From Escherichia coli (GTDB lineage Bacteria; Pseudomonadota; Gammaproteobacteria; Enterobacterales; Enterobacteriaceae), in the NCBI RefSeq assembly GCF_024223415.1, contig NZ_CP100504.1: a stretch of 63,428 nucleotides of DNA; one strand, 5' to 3'. A program made the position numbers and the translations under genes. Positions 31,876 to 41,513 of the stretch are shown here, one piece after another; position 1 is the first letter of the stretch; each line of letters starts with the position of its first letter. A model generated the notes under the pieces. That model ran no database searches and was not told the DNA's origin. It was given only the letters and a program-made list of their open reading frames with translations.

Positions 31876-32238
31876 ATGAAGTCGATATATTTAGAATCTG
31901 TTCTGGCTTTTATATTTGTTGGCGTTATGGCTATGTTGATATGTGGTCTTTTTTACAATGACTACCTTGAGCAACAACCTGCAACACCAGAACAACTGAG
32001 AGAGATTACACAGGATATCCCCTGTGCAGCAGAAGCATTTAAGGAAGCTATTAAGTCTGACACATCTGATTATCAGCCTGAACCTTTAAGTCTTGGTAAG
32101 GCAAAAAAGCTTGCATCAGCGTGTAGAGAAAGAAACGAAATGGCAGAGGTGAAACGGGTAAGAGAAAATGAGCGCAATAAGATTCGCGAAAAACAAATTC
32201 AGGCATTAAATGATGCTCATTCAGTAAAGGAACGTTAA
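31876..32238 (+). CDS. hypothetical membrane-anchored protein
   Basis: ~120 aa from MKSIYLESVLAFIFVGVMAMLICG (RBS aaagga); charged C-terminal region; AT-rich. Confidence 0.45.
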   Translation: MKSIYLESVLAFIFVGVMAMLICGLFYNDYLEQQPATPEQLREITQDIPCAAEAFKEAIKSDTSDYQPEPLSLGKAKKLASACRERNEMAEVKRVRENERNKIREKQIQALNDAHSVKER

Positions 32239-32363
32239 TCCTGGTTTCCTGTTAAAAGCCTCCATCTCTTATTTGTGCTGTGGTTTCAGGAATGGCACTG
32301 CGTGATATATCCACGGCCACAGACTGATATTTTCCTTTTTTAAACGCACTAAGGAATACGCAT

Positions 32364-34994
32364 ATGAGTAATAACCCACTTGAGGCCGTCACTCAGGCGG
32401 TTAACTCCCTCGTCACAGCACTGAAACTGCCTGACGAATCAGCAAAGGCCAATGAAGTGCTGGGCGAAATGAGCTTCCCGCAGTTCAGCCGTCTGCTGCC
32501 GTACCGTGATTACAACCAGGAATCCGGTCTGTTCATGAATGACACCACGATGGGCTTTATGCTGGAAGCCATTCCCATCAATGGGGCGAATAAGTCCATT
32601 GTGGAGGCACTCGATCACATGCTGCGCACCAAACTGCCGCGCGATATTCCGTTGTGTATCAATCTGATGTCCAGTCAGCTGGTTGGTGACAGGATTGAAT
32701 ACGGGCTGCGTGAGTTCTCCTGGTCAGGTGAACAGGCTGAACGGTTTAACGCCATTACCCGGGCCTATTATATGAAAGCGGCAGCGACACAGTTTCCGCT
32801 GCCGGAGGGGATGAATCTGGCCCTGACCCTGCGCCATTACCGGGTGTTTATCTCGTACTGTTCTCCTTCGAAGAAAAAAAGCCGGGCCGACATTCTGGAA
32901 ATGGAAAACCTGGTGAAAATCATCCGGGCGTCGTTACAGGGGGCCAGTATCACCACACAGACGGTGGATGCACAGGCCTTTATCGATATTGTCGGGGAGA
33001 TGATTAACCATAACCCGGACTCCCTGTACCCGAAAAAACGTCAGCTGGACCCGTATTCTGATCTGAATTATCAGTGTGTGGAGGACAGTTTTGATCTGAA
33101 AGTCCGGGCTGATTACCTGACGCTGGGCCTGCGTGAGAACGGCAGGAACAGCACGGCCCGCATCCTGAATTTCCATCTGGCCCGTAACCCGGAAATCGCC
33201 TTCCTGTGGAACATGGCCGACAACTACAGCAACCTGCTGAACCCGGAACTGTCCATCTCCTGTCCGTTCATCCTGACGCTGACTCTGGTGGTGGAAGACC
33301 AGGTGAAAACCCACAGCGAAGCCAACCTGAAGTACATGGACCTGGAGAAAAAGTCGAAGACCTCCTATGCCAAATGGTTTCCGTCCGTGGAGAAAGAGGC
33401 GAAGGAGTGGGGGGAACTGCGTCAGCGGCTGGGCTCCGGTCAGTCCTCCGTGGTGTCCTACTTCCTCAACATCACAGCATTCTGCAAGGACAATAATGAA
33501 ACGGCGCTGAAAGTGGAGCAGGACATCCTGAACAGCTTTCGTAAAAACGGTTTTGAGCTGATTTCACCGCGCTTTAACCACATGCGCAATTTCCTGACCT
33601 GCCTGCCCTTTATGGCCGGGAAAGGGCTGTTTAAACAGCTGAAAGAGGCCGGAGTGGTTCAGCGCGCAGAGAGCTTTAATGTGGCCAACCTGATGCCGTT
33701 AGTGGCGGATAACCCCCTGACACCGGCAGGTCTGCTGGCACCCACCTACCGTAACCAGCTGGCGTTTATCGATATTTTCTTCCGGGGGATGAATAACACC
33801 AATTACAACATGGCGGTCTGTGGCACCTCCGGGGCCGGTAAAACCGGGCTGATACAGCCACTTATCCGCAGCGTGCTGGACTCCGGGGGCTTTGCCGTGG
33901 TGTTCGACATGGGGGATGGCTACAAGTCCCTGTGTGAGAACATGGGGGGCGTATATCTGGACGGTGAAACCCTGCGCTTTAACCCGTTTGCGAACATCAC
34001 CGATATTGACCAGTCAGCGGAGCGTGTCCGCGACCAGCTGTCGGTGATGGCCAGCCCCAACGGTAACCTGGATGAAGTGCATGAAGGTCTGCTGCTGCAG
34101 GCGGTCAGGGCATCATGGCTGGCCAAAGAGAACAGGGCTCGTATTGATGACGTGGTGGATTTCCTGAAAAACGCCAGTGACAGCGAGCAGTATGCCGGGT
34201 CACCGACTATCCGCAGCCGTCTGGACGAAATGATTGTGCTGCTTGACCAGTACACTGCCAACGGCACTTACGGCCAGTATTTTAACTCTGATGAGCCGTC
34301 CCTGCGGGATGATGCAAAAATGGTGGTGCTGGAGCTGGGCGGACTGGAAGACCGTCCGTCACTGCTGGTTGCGGTGATGTTCTCCCTGATTATCTACATC
34401 GAGAACAGGATGTACCGCACGCCGCGTAACCTCAAGAAACTGAACGTTATTGATGAAGGCTGGCGTCTGCTGGACTTCAAAAATCACAAGGTCGGTGAAT
34501 TTATTGAGAAAGGCTACCGTACGGCCCGCCGTCATACCGGTGCCTATATCACCATCACACAGAACATCGTCGACTTTGACTCTGACAAGGCCTCCAGTGC
34601 TGCCCGCGCGGCATGGGGTAACTCCTCCTACAAAATTATCCTCAGACAGAGTGCGAAGGAGTTCGCGAAATACAACCAGCTGTATCCGGACCAGTTCCAG
34701 CCACTGCAGCGCGACATGATTGGTAAGTTTGGTGCGGCCAAAGACCAGTGGTTCAGTTCCTTCCTGCTGCAGGTGGAAAACCATTCCTCCTGGCACCGCC
34801 TGTTTGTGGACCCGTTAAGCCGCGCCATGTACAGCTCTGACGGCCCGGATTTTGAGTTTGTGCAGCAGAAACGTAAAGAGGGGCTGAGTATTCATGAGGC
34901 GGTGTGGCAGCTGGCGTGGAAGAAGTCAGGGCCGGAGATGGCTTCGCTGGAAGCCTGGCTGGAAGAACATGAGAAATACAGGAGTGTTGCATGA
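32364..34994 (+). CDS. traC: T4SS ATPase TraC (VirB4-like)
   Basis: 876 aa with Walker A GTSGAGKT; matches TraC. Confidence 0.95.
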   Translation: MSNNPLEAVTQAVNSLVTALKLPDESAKANEVLGEMSFPQFSRLLPYRDYNQESGLFMNDTTMGFMLEAIPINGANKSIVEALDHMLRTKLPRDIPLCINLMSSQLVGDRIEYGLREFSWSGEQAERFNAITRAYYMKAAATQFPLPEGMNLALTLRHYRVFISYCSPSKKKSRADILEMENLVKIIRASLQGASITTQTVDAQAFIDIVGEMINHNPDSLYPKKRQLDPYSDLNYQCVEDSFDLKVRADYLTLGLRENGRNSTARILNFHLARNPEIAFLWNMADNYSNLLNPELSISCPFILTLTLVVEDQVKTHSEANLKYMDLEKKSKTSYAKWFPSVEKEAKEWGELRQRLGSGQSSVVSYFLNITAFCKDNNETALKVEQDILNSFRKNGFELISPRFNHMRNFLTCLPFMAGKGLFKQLKEAGVVQRAESFNVANLMPLVADNPLTPAGLLAPTYRNQLAFIDIFFRGMNNTNYNMAVCGTSGAGKTGLIQPLIRSVLDSGGFAVVFDMGDGYKSLCENMGGVYLDGETLRFNPFANITDIDQSAERVRDQLSVMASPNGNLDEVHEGLLLQAVRASWLAKENRARIDDVVDFLKNASDSEQYAGSPTIRSRLDEMIVLLDQYTANGTYGQYFNSDEPSLRDDAKMVVLELGGLEDRPSLLVAVMFSLIIYIENRMYRTPRNLKKLNVIDEGWRLLDFKNHKVGEFIEKGYRTARRHTGAYITITQNIVDFDSDKASSAARAAWGNSSYKIILRQSAKEFAKYNQLYPDQFQPLQRDMIGKFGAAKDQWFSSFLLQVENHSSWHRLFVDPLSRAMYSSDGPDFEFVQQKRKEGLSIHEAVWQLAWKKSGPEMASLEAWLEEHEKYRSVA

Positions 34995-35377
34995 CCATAA
35001 CGCAAAAAACGACTGACGTTACAGCCCCCCGACGCAGCCACTGGTGGTGGACGGTGCCGGGATACCTGGCAATGGTGTTACTGAACGCAGCCATCAGTTA
35101 CGGCATTGTCAGACTGAACGCACCGGTGACTGCCGCCTTCAACATGAAACAGACCGTGGATGCGTTTTTTGACAGCGCCAGTCAGAAACAACTGTCAGAA
35201 GCACAGTCAAAAGCCCTTTCAGCGCGTTTTAACACGGCACTGGAAGCCAGCCTGCAGGCGTGGCAGCAGAAACACCACGCGGTCATTCTGGTGTCGCCTG
35301 CTGTGGTACAGGGGGCACCGGATATCACCCGGGAAATCCAGCAGGATATTGCCCGGCGAATGAGGGCGGAGCCATGA
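34991..35377 (+). CDS. trbI: TrbI
   Basis: 128-aa membrane protein coupled to traC and traW by overlapping stop and start codons. Confidence 0.85.
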   Translation: MTITQKTTDVTAPRRSHWWWTVPGYLAMVLLNAAISYGIVRLNAPVTAAFNMKQTVDAFFDSASQKQLSEAQSKALSARFNTALEASLQAWQQKHHAVILVSPAVVQGAPDITREIQQDIARRMRAEP

Positions 35378-36006
35378 GATGCCGGGGGCTGATTGCCCTG
35401 CTTATATGGGGGCAGAGTGTGGCCGCCGCCGATCTTGGTACCTGGGGCGATCTGTGGCCGGTAAAGGAGCCGGACATGCTGACGGTGATCATGCAGCGCC
35501 TGACGGCACTGGAGCAGTCCGGTGAGATGGGCCGGAAAATGGATGCCTTTAAGGAGCGGGTGATCCGTAACAGCCTGCGGCCCCCTGCCGTGCCCGGTAT
35601 CGGACGCACAGAGAAATACGGCAGCCGGTTGTTTGACCCGTCCGTCAGACTGGCTGCGGATATCCGGGATAACGAAGGGCGGGTGTTTGCCCGTCAGGGT
35701 GAAGTGATGAATCCGCTGCAGTATGTTCCTTTTAACCAGACGCTGTATTTCATCAATGGCGATGATCCGGCGCAGGTGGCCTGGATGAAACGCCAGACGC
35801 CGCCCACACTGGAGAGCAAAATTATCCTCGTGCAGGGCAGTATCCCGGAGACGCAGAAGTCTCTGGACAGCCGTGTTTACTTTGACCAGAACGGTGTGCT
35901 CTGCCAGCGCCTCGGCATTGATCAGGTCCCGGCACGGGTGAGCGCCGTTCCCGGCGATCGCTTCCTGAAGGTGGAATTTATTCCGGCAGAGGAGGGCAGA
36001 AAATGA
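35374..36006 (+). CDS. traW: pilus assembly protein TraW
   Basis: 210 aa from MRCRGLIALLIWGQSVAAA (signal peptide); ATG overlaps the trbI stop. Confidence 0.9.
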   Translation: MRCRGLIALLIWGQSVAAADLGTWGDLWPVKEPDMLTVIMQRLTALEQSGEMGRKMDAFKERVIRNSLRPPAVPGIGRTEKYGSRLFDPSVRLAADIRDNEGRVFARQGEVMNPLQYVPFNQTLYFINGDDPAQVAWMKRQTPPTLESKIILVQGSIPETQKSLDSRVYFDQNGVLCQRLGIDQVPARVSAVPGDRFLKVEFIPAEEGRK

Positions 36007-36995
36007 AGCGAAGCCTGTGGCTGCTGATGTTATTCCTTCTCGCCGGTCATGTCCCTGCAGCGTCTGCGGATTCTGCCTGTGAGGGGCGTTTTGTAAACCC
36101 GATCACGGATATCTGCTGGAGCTGTATTTTCCCGCTCTCGCTGGGCAGTATCAAAGTCAGTCAGGGTAAGGTCCCCGACACGGCGAACCCGTCGATGCCC
36201 ATTCAGATTTGTCCGGCACCGCCGCCGCTGTTCAGGCGTATCGGGCTGGCCATTGGTTACTGGGAGCCGATGGCGCTGACGGACGTCACCCGGTCACCGG
36301 GATGCATGGTTAACCTGGGCTTCAGCCTGCCGGCTTTTGGTAAAACGGCACAGGGAACGGCGAAAAAGGATGAGAAGCAGGTGAACGGGGCGTTCTATCA
36401 CGTTCACTGGTACAAATACCCGCTGACGTACTGGCTGAACATCATCACATCGCTGGGCTGTCTGGAAGGTGGTGACCTGGATATCGCTTATCTTTCTGAA
36501 ATAGACCCCACCTGGACGGACAGCAGCCTGACCACCATTCTCAATCCGGAAGCTGTCATCTTTGCCAATCCGATAGCACAGGGGGCCTGTGCAGCAGATG
36601 CCATTGCCAGCGCCTTTAATATGCCTCTCGATGTTCTGTTCTGGTGTGCCGGTTCGCAGGGCAGTATGTACCCGTTCAATGGCTGGGTGAGTAATGAGTC
36701 CAGTCCGTTGCAGTCCTCCCTGCTGGTCAGTGAACGCATGGCGTTCAAGCTGCACCGTCAGGGCATGATTATGGAAACCATCGGGAAAAATAACGCCGTC
36801 TGTAATGAATATCCGTCCCCAATCCTGCCCAAAGAACGCTGGCGTTACCAGATGGTGAATATGTACCCGGACAGCGGACAGTGCCACCCGTTCGGGCGCA
36901 GTGTGATGCGCTGGGAGACGGGAAAAAATCCGCCCAACACAAAGAAAAACTTTGGCTACCTGATGTGGCGTAAACGTAACTGTGTATTTCTGTAA
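36003..36995 (+). CDS. traU: TraU
   Basis: 330 aa with signal peptide; Cys-rich; matches TraU. Confidence 0.9.
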   Translation: MKRSLWLLMLFLLAGHVPAASADSACEGRFVNPITDICWSCIFPLSLGSIKVSQGKVPDTANPSMPIQICPAPPPLFRRIGLAIGYWEPMALTDVTRSPGCMVNLGFSLPAFGKTAQGTAKKDEKQVNGAFYHVHWYKYPLTYWLNIITSLGCLEGGDLDIAYLSEIDPTWTDSSLTTILNPEAVIFANPIAQGACAADAIASAFNMPLDVLFWCAGSQGSMYPFNGWVSNESSPLQSSLLVSERMAFKLHRQGMIMETIGKNNAVCNEYPSPILPKERWRYQMVNMYPDSGQCHPFGRSVMRWETGKNPPNTKKNFGYLMWRKRNCVFL

Positions 36996-37021
36996 CTTAA
37001 ACAAAAAGAGGAATATTTTAA

Positions 37022-37330
37022 ATGGAAAAGAAATTAAGCAGTAAATACATTCATATGTATATGAGTATATCCCGAGTGTTCATTCGTTTGACAGGCAATG
37101 TATTAAAACTGTTTCCTTTTGCTATGGTGATATTCCCTGTGGTGTGGTTTTATCTTTGCCCTGAACATATTATCTCAGACATTGTTAACGACTGGCAGGA
37201 TGCAGATACACTGGAAAAAATACTGCTTGTCAAACTGTATCTGAAGACGGTTCTTATTCTGACAGTGGTAAGCGTTGTTGTCTTGTATCTTTCGTCAGAT
37301 AAGTTTATGCCTGTTAAACGCAGGAAATGA
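37022..37330 (+). CDS. small hypothetical membrane protein (cargo between traU and trbC)
   Basis: 102 aa with two hydrophobic segments; visibly AT-rich compared with flanking tra genes. Confidence 0.45.
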   Translation: MEKKLSSKYIHMYMSISRVFIRLTGNVLKLFPFAMVIFPVVWFYLCPEHIISDIVNDWQDADTLEKILLVKLYLKTVLILTVVSVVVLYLSSDKFMPVKRRK

Positions 37331-37392
37331 GTCTGGTGGTTCTCATAAATATAACTGTGTGTGCATGTGTACAATATAAGTAAAGGTGCGTT

Positions 37393-37914
37393 ATGGGATT
37401 TTTCTCGTTTTTACGAAAGATAAGTAATAAAGAAAAAGGGGTGGTTATCTATGAGAAGCAGTGGTTCTCACTGCTGGAAAAGGTGAGTGCTTTTGATGAG
37501 GTCAGACAATGGGCTGAAAGTAATGGCGGAGCATATTATCCTATGCTGGAGTGTCGTCGGCTTACAGACAGTGAAAATGTCAGGAAATCAGAGGATATAC
37601 TGAACCGACTGGAGTTTATTGACAGAAGATTTCGGGAATTCATCAGCATTATGTCTGAACATATTAATAATGATAAAACTAAATCCATGTGGGAGAGGGA
37701 ATTGTCTGAATATCCACCGGAAAAAATATACCAGGTCCAGAGAGAGGGAGAACATCTGTCATTAAAAAATTATGGTGATGATATTACTCTGAACAGAGAT
37801 ACCGCCGTGGCTACGGTGCAGATTACTGTCAGCAGAAAATGCATTACTCAGGAAGAAATGGATGAATTATATGCATTGTCTGAGAGACTGAAAGAAAAGT
37901 GCGCCGGTAATTAA
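37393..37914 (+). CDS. hypothetical protein (cargo between traU and trbC)
   Basis: 173-aa soluble-looking ORF with RBS aaaggtg; no recognisable motif; AT-rich. Confidence 0.5.
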   Translation: MGFFSFLRKISNKEKGVVIYEKQWFSLLEKVSAFDEVRQWAESNGGAYYPMLECRRLTDSENVRKSEDILNRLEFIDRRFREFISIMSEHINNDKTKSMWERELSEYPPEKIYQVQREGEHLSLKNYGDDITLNRDTAVATVQITVSRKCITQEEMDELYALSERLKEKCAGN

Positions 37915-37940
37915 ATTATATCACTGTGCCGGGAGATGAT

Positions 37941-38579
37941 ATGAGCCGGAAAATATTTGAACTTTTTGCCCTGACAGCAGGACTGTTTATTTCTGCCCAC
38001 GCTTCGGAAAATGTGAATACACCCGAAAACCGCCAGTTCCTGAAGCAGCAGGAAACACTGAGTCAGCAGTTACGTGAAAAACCGGACACACAGCTGCAGG
38101 CATGGGCAGAACAGCAGGTCAGGGCGAATCCCCTTCAGCATTCCGATAACCAGTTTCTCGATGAACTGGTCCGTAAACAGCAGGCTGCTCAGAAGGATAA
38201 ACCACAGCAGGGTGCCCTGTATTTTGTGTCGTTTTCCATACCCGAAGAGGGGCTGAAACGGATGCTGGGCGAAACCCGGCACTACGGTATTCCGGCCACA
38301 CTGCGGGGCATGGTGAACAACGACCTGAAGGCTACGGCTGAAGCCGTGTTGTCCCTGGTGAAGAACGGGGCAACCGATGGTGTTCAGATTGACCCGACGC
38401 TGTTTTCACAGTACGGCATTCGCAGCGTTCCGGCCCTGGTGGTGTTCTGCAGACAGGGGCACGACATCATCCGGGGAAACCTGCGTGTCAGACAGGCACT
38501 GGAGAAAGTGGCCAGCGCGGGGGACTGCCGGCAGGTGGCTCAGGGACTGCTGGACGGCACCGGGGATAAATCGCAATAA
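37941..38579 (+). CDS. trbC: TrbC
   Basis: ~212 aa from MSRKIFELFALTAGLFISAHA (signal peptide; RBS gggaga); matches TrbC. Confidence 0.9.
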   Translation: MSRKIFELFALTAGLFISAHASENVNTPENRQFLKQQETLSQQLREKPDTQLQAWAEQQVRANPLQHSDNQFLDELVRKQQAAQKDKPQQGALYFVSFSIPEEGLKRMLGETRHYGIPATLRGMVNNDLKATAEAVLSLVKNGATDGVQIDPTLFSQYGIRSVPALVVFCRQGHDIIRGNLRVRQALEKVASAGDCRQVAQGLLDGTGDKSQ

Positions 38580-38626
38580 GTTTACCTGCAGGCTATTACC
38601 GGATTGACCCGGACATCCGTGCACTG

Positions 38627-38947
38627 GTGTCCGCGATGAACGTGCATGGATTTCGCACATATGCGTCCTGTCAGGGGCATGGCTTCCCTGTTACGAAACT
38701 GCCGCCTTATATCGCCTTTTCCTGTCCGGTAAAAATGGCTGCCCTTCTGGAGCAGCGACTGCGGCAGGATGCTGAATCAGCAATACCACGTCTGACATGG
38801 GGATGGTCGGTGAAGGGGACTTTTAACAGTGATTTTCAGCTTTGCTTCCGGCTTCAGCCTGAAAGCCCTCATCACTGGTATCACCGGTACTGTCGCCGCT
38901 CACTGCGTGCAGACTTCAGGACGCTGGTCCGCTTACTGAATCCGTAA
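38627..38947 (+). CDS. hypothetical Cys/His/Trp-rich protein
   Basis: 106-aa ORF (GTG at 38627 or ATG at 38636) between trbC and traN; function unknown. Confidence 0.4.
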   Translation: MSAMNVHGFRTYASCQGHGFPVTKLPPYIAFSCPVKMAALLEQRLRQDAESAIPRLTWGWSVKGTFNSDFQLCFRLQPESPHHWYHRYCRRSLRADFRTLVRLLNP

Positions 38948-38971
38948 ATCTGTTCCCGTAAGGAGGCATTG

Positions 38972-39394
38972 ATGGCGCTGACAAAGAAGCAGCGGGAAAA
39001 ACTGCGTATGAAATTCGGCGGTCGTTGTGCGTACTGCGGCTGTGAACTGCCGGAAAAAGGCTGGCATGCCGACCATGTTCAGGCGGTGCTCCGCAAGTCA
39101 GAGCAGTGCATGAAGGCTGCAGAAAAGCGCATTTTCAGGCTGAAATCCACCGGTGATGTTTTCAGACCGGAGGCCGACTGTCCGGAAAACCTCGTCCCGG
39201 CCTGTGCGCCGTGCAACCTGCTGAAAACAACATATTCGCTGGAGATGTTCAGAACGCAGGTGTCCCTGCAGGTTGAACGGGGGCGAAGAAGCAGCGTGAA
39301 TTTCAGGACCGCAGAACGGTTCGGGCTGATTCAGGTGGTGAACAAACCAGTCGTGTTCTGGTTTGAGCAATATCAGAGGGAGAGTGAGGTATGA
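38972..39394 (+). CDS. HNH endonuclease
   Basis: 140 aa with CAYCGC...WHADHV...PACAPCN (HNH fold with paired Cys motifs); RBS aggagg. Confidence 0.75.
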   Translation: MALTKKQREKLRMKFGGRCAYCGCELPEKGWHADHVQAVLRKSEQCMKAAEKRIFRLKSTGDVFRPEADCPENLVPACAPCNLLKTTYSLEMFRTQVSLQVERGRRSSVNFRTAERFGLIQVVNKPVVFWFEQYQRESEV

Positions 39395-41241
39395 AACGTC
39401 TTCTGCCATTGCTGCTGGGGCTGGCAGTCAGTGTGGCACAGGCTGACAGCAACAGTGATTACCGGGCGGGTTCTGATTTTGCCCGTCAGATTCAGGGGCA
39501 GGGTACAGGCAGTATTCAGAATTTTAATCCGCAGGAAAGCATTCCCGGCTATAACGCGAATACGGACGAGACAAAATATTACGGTGGAGTGACTGCCGGC
39601 GGGGATGGCGGCCTGAAAAATGACGGCACCACGGAATGGGCGACCGGTGAAACCGGAAAAACTATCACAGAGTCATTCATGAACAAGCCGAAAGACATTC
39701 TTTCACCGGATGCGCCGTTTATCCAGACCGGCAGGGATGTGGTGAACCGGGCTGACAGCATTGTGGGAAACACCGGGCAGCAGTGCAGTGCGCAGGAGAT
39801 AAACCGCAGTGAATTCACAAACTATACCTGTGAGCGGGACACGATGGTGGAGGAGTACTGCACACGGACTGCCAGTATCACCGGGGACTGGAAATACACG
39901 GATGAATATCGTGAGGTGACGATACCGCACTCACAGTTCCAGTTCAGTATGAACGGGCTGAAACTGGTGTTCAGTGTCACGGCTCCGGTAACCGGTACAG
40001 TGGAAAGTGCATCATTGTCTGTATACGCCGCTTTTTTCTTCCTGAATTCTCGTTATACCTTCATGAATTCGACGTTCAATGTTGGCCTGGTAAACGGGCA
40101 GTCGGGTACTTTCCCCTTGTCCGGGGCGACAGGTTTGCAGGTGACACAGGGGCAGGTTCTGACCGGTAGTGGCTGTACTGCAAACGGTAATTGCCTCCCG
40201 CACGGGAACGGTGACAGGAAAGTCTATGAATCGCTTGTCAGTGGTGCTTCCACCTTTACGCTGAAACTCAGGATGAAGGTCCGTGATAAAGAATGGGTTC
40301 CCCGGGGGGAGTGGGTGGAGAGTTGTCCGTTTAATAAAGCGGATGGCGTGCTGAAAGGCACTGAGTGTTCAGAGCCGGGGGGTACGAAAACGGGTGTGAT
40401 GGAAGGTAAACCCTGGAGCATCACACAGGCATGCTGGGCATACCGGGATAAATATGTCACACAGTCCGCAGATAACGGCACCTGTCAGAAATATGTCGAT
40501 AATCCGGCCTGTACGCTGGCCTCACGTCAGTGCGCGTTTTATTCCGATGAGGGAAGCTGTCTGCATGAGTATGCCACGTACTCCTGCGAGTCCAGAACAT
40601 CAGGAAAAGTGATGGTCTGTGGTGGTGATGTCTTCTGCCTTGACGGTGAATGCGATAAGGCACAGAGCGGAAAAAGCAGTGATTTTGGTGAGGCTGTATC
40701 ACAGCTGGCTGCGCTTGCCGCCGCAGGTAAGGATGTCGCCGCCCTGAATGGTGTGGATGTCAGGGCTTTCACGGGCGAGGCGAAATTCTGCCGTAAGGCC
40801 GCAGCCGGCTTCAGTAACTGCTGTAAGGATGGTGGCTGGGGTCAGGATGTGGGGCTGGCGAAGTGTAACAGTGAAGAAAAGGCGCTGGGAAAGGCAAAGG
40901 ACAACAAACTGACGGTGAGTGTTGGCGAGTTCTGTTCGAAAAAGGTACTCGGTGTCTGCCTGCAGAAAAAGCGCAGCTACTGCCAGTTTGATTCGAAACT
41001 GGCGCAGATAGTCCAGCAGCAGGGGCGTAACGGGCAGCTGCGTATCGGGTTTGGCAGCGCCAAAAGTCCTGACTGCCGTGGAATAACCGTGGATGAACTA
41101 CAGCGTATTAAGTTCGACCAGCTGGACTTCACTAACTTCTACGAAGACCTGATGAATAACCAGAAAATCCCGGACAGTGGCGTTCTGACGCAGAAAGTGA
41201 AAGAGCAGATTGCTGACCAGCTGAAGCAGGCAGGACAATAA
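39391..41241 (+). CDS. traN: mating-pair stabilisation protein TraN
   Basis: 616 aa, Cys-rich with signal peptide; matches TraN. Confidence 0.95.
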   Translation: MKRLLPLLLGLAVSVAQADSNSDYRAGSDFARQIQGQGTGSIQNFNPQESIPGYNANTDETKYYGGVTAGGDGGLKNDGTTEWATGETGKTITESFMNKPKDILSPDAPFIQTGRDVVNRADSIVGNTGQQCSAQEINRSEFTNYTCERDTMVEEYCTRTASITGDWKYTDEYREVTIPHSQFQFSMNGLKLVFSVTAPVTGTVESASLSVYAAFFFLNSRYTFMNSTFNVGLVNGQSGTFPLSGATGLQVTQGQVLTGSGCTANGNCLPHGNGDRKVYESLVSGASTFTLKLRMKVRDKEWVPRGEWVESCPFNKADGVLKGTECSEPGGTKTGVMEGKPWSITQACWAYRDKYVTQSADNGTCQKYVDNPACTLASRQCAFYSDEGSCLHEYATYSCESRTSGKVMVCGGDVFCLDGECDKAQSGKSSDFGEAVSQLAALAAAGKDVAALNGVDVRAFTGEAKFCRKAAAGFSNCCKDGGWGQDVGLAKCNSEEKALGKAKDNKLTVSVGEFCSKKVLGVCLQKKRSYCQFDSKLAQIVQQQGRNGQLRIGFGSAKSPDCRGITVDELQRIKFDQLDFTNFYEDLMNNQKIPDSGVLTQKVKEQIADQLKQAGQ

Positions 41242-41264
41242 GGTATGGAAAATAACCGGGGGAA

Positions 41265-41513
41265 ATGATGAAGGTCATATTCACGTCGAACCGTTTTATT
41301 GATTTTCTTATCCGGCTTTTGATTACAGCGATTGTCATTTCCCCGGTAATTATCTGGTCGTGGGATACGGTAAAAGAAACCACGGCAGACGGGATGCCTG
41401 CCGCTGCTTTCGTTATCCTTTACTCCGGTGTGCTCCTGTTTATTCTGTATTTTTGTTTTTCTGCCCTGACCTGCAGAAAACCGATGAAAGAAAAAATGAT
41501 GAAAGGAATGAAG
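41265..41513 (+). CDS. trbE: TrbE (small membrane protein), frame runs into traF without a stop
   Basis: MMKVIFTSNRFIDFLIRLLITAIVISPVIIW... two TM segments; RBS ggggga; no stop codon before the TraF start in the same frame. Confidence 0.6.
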
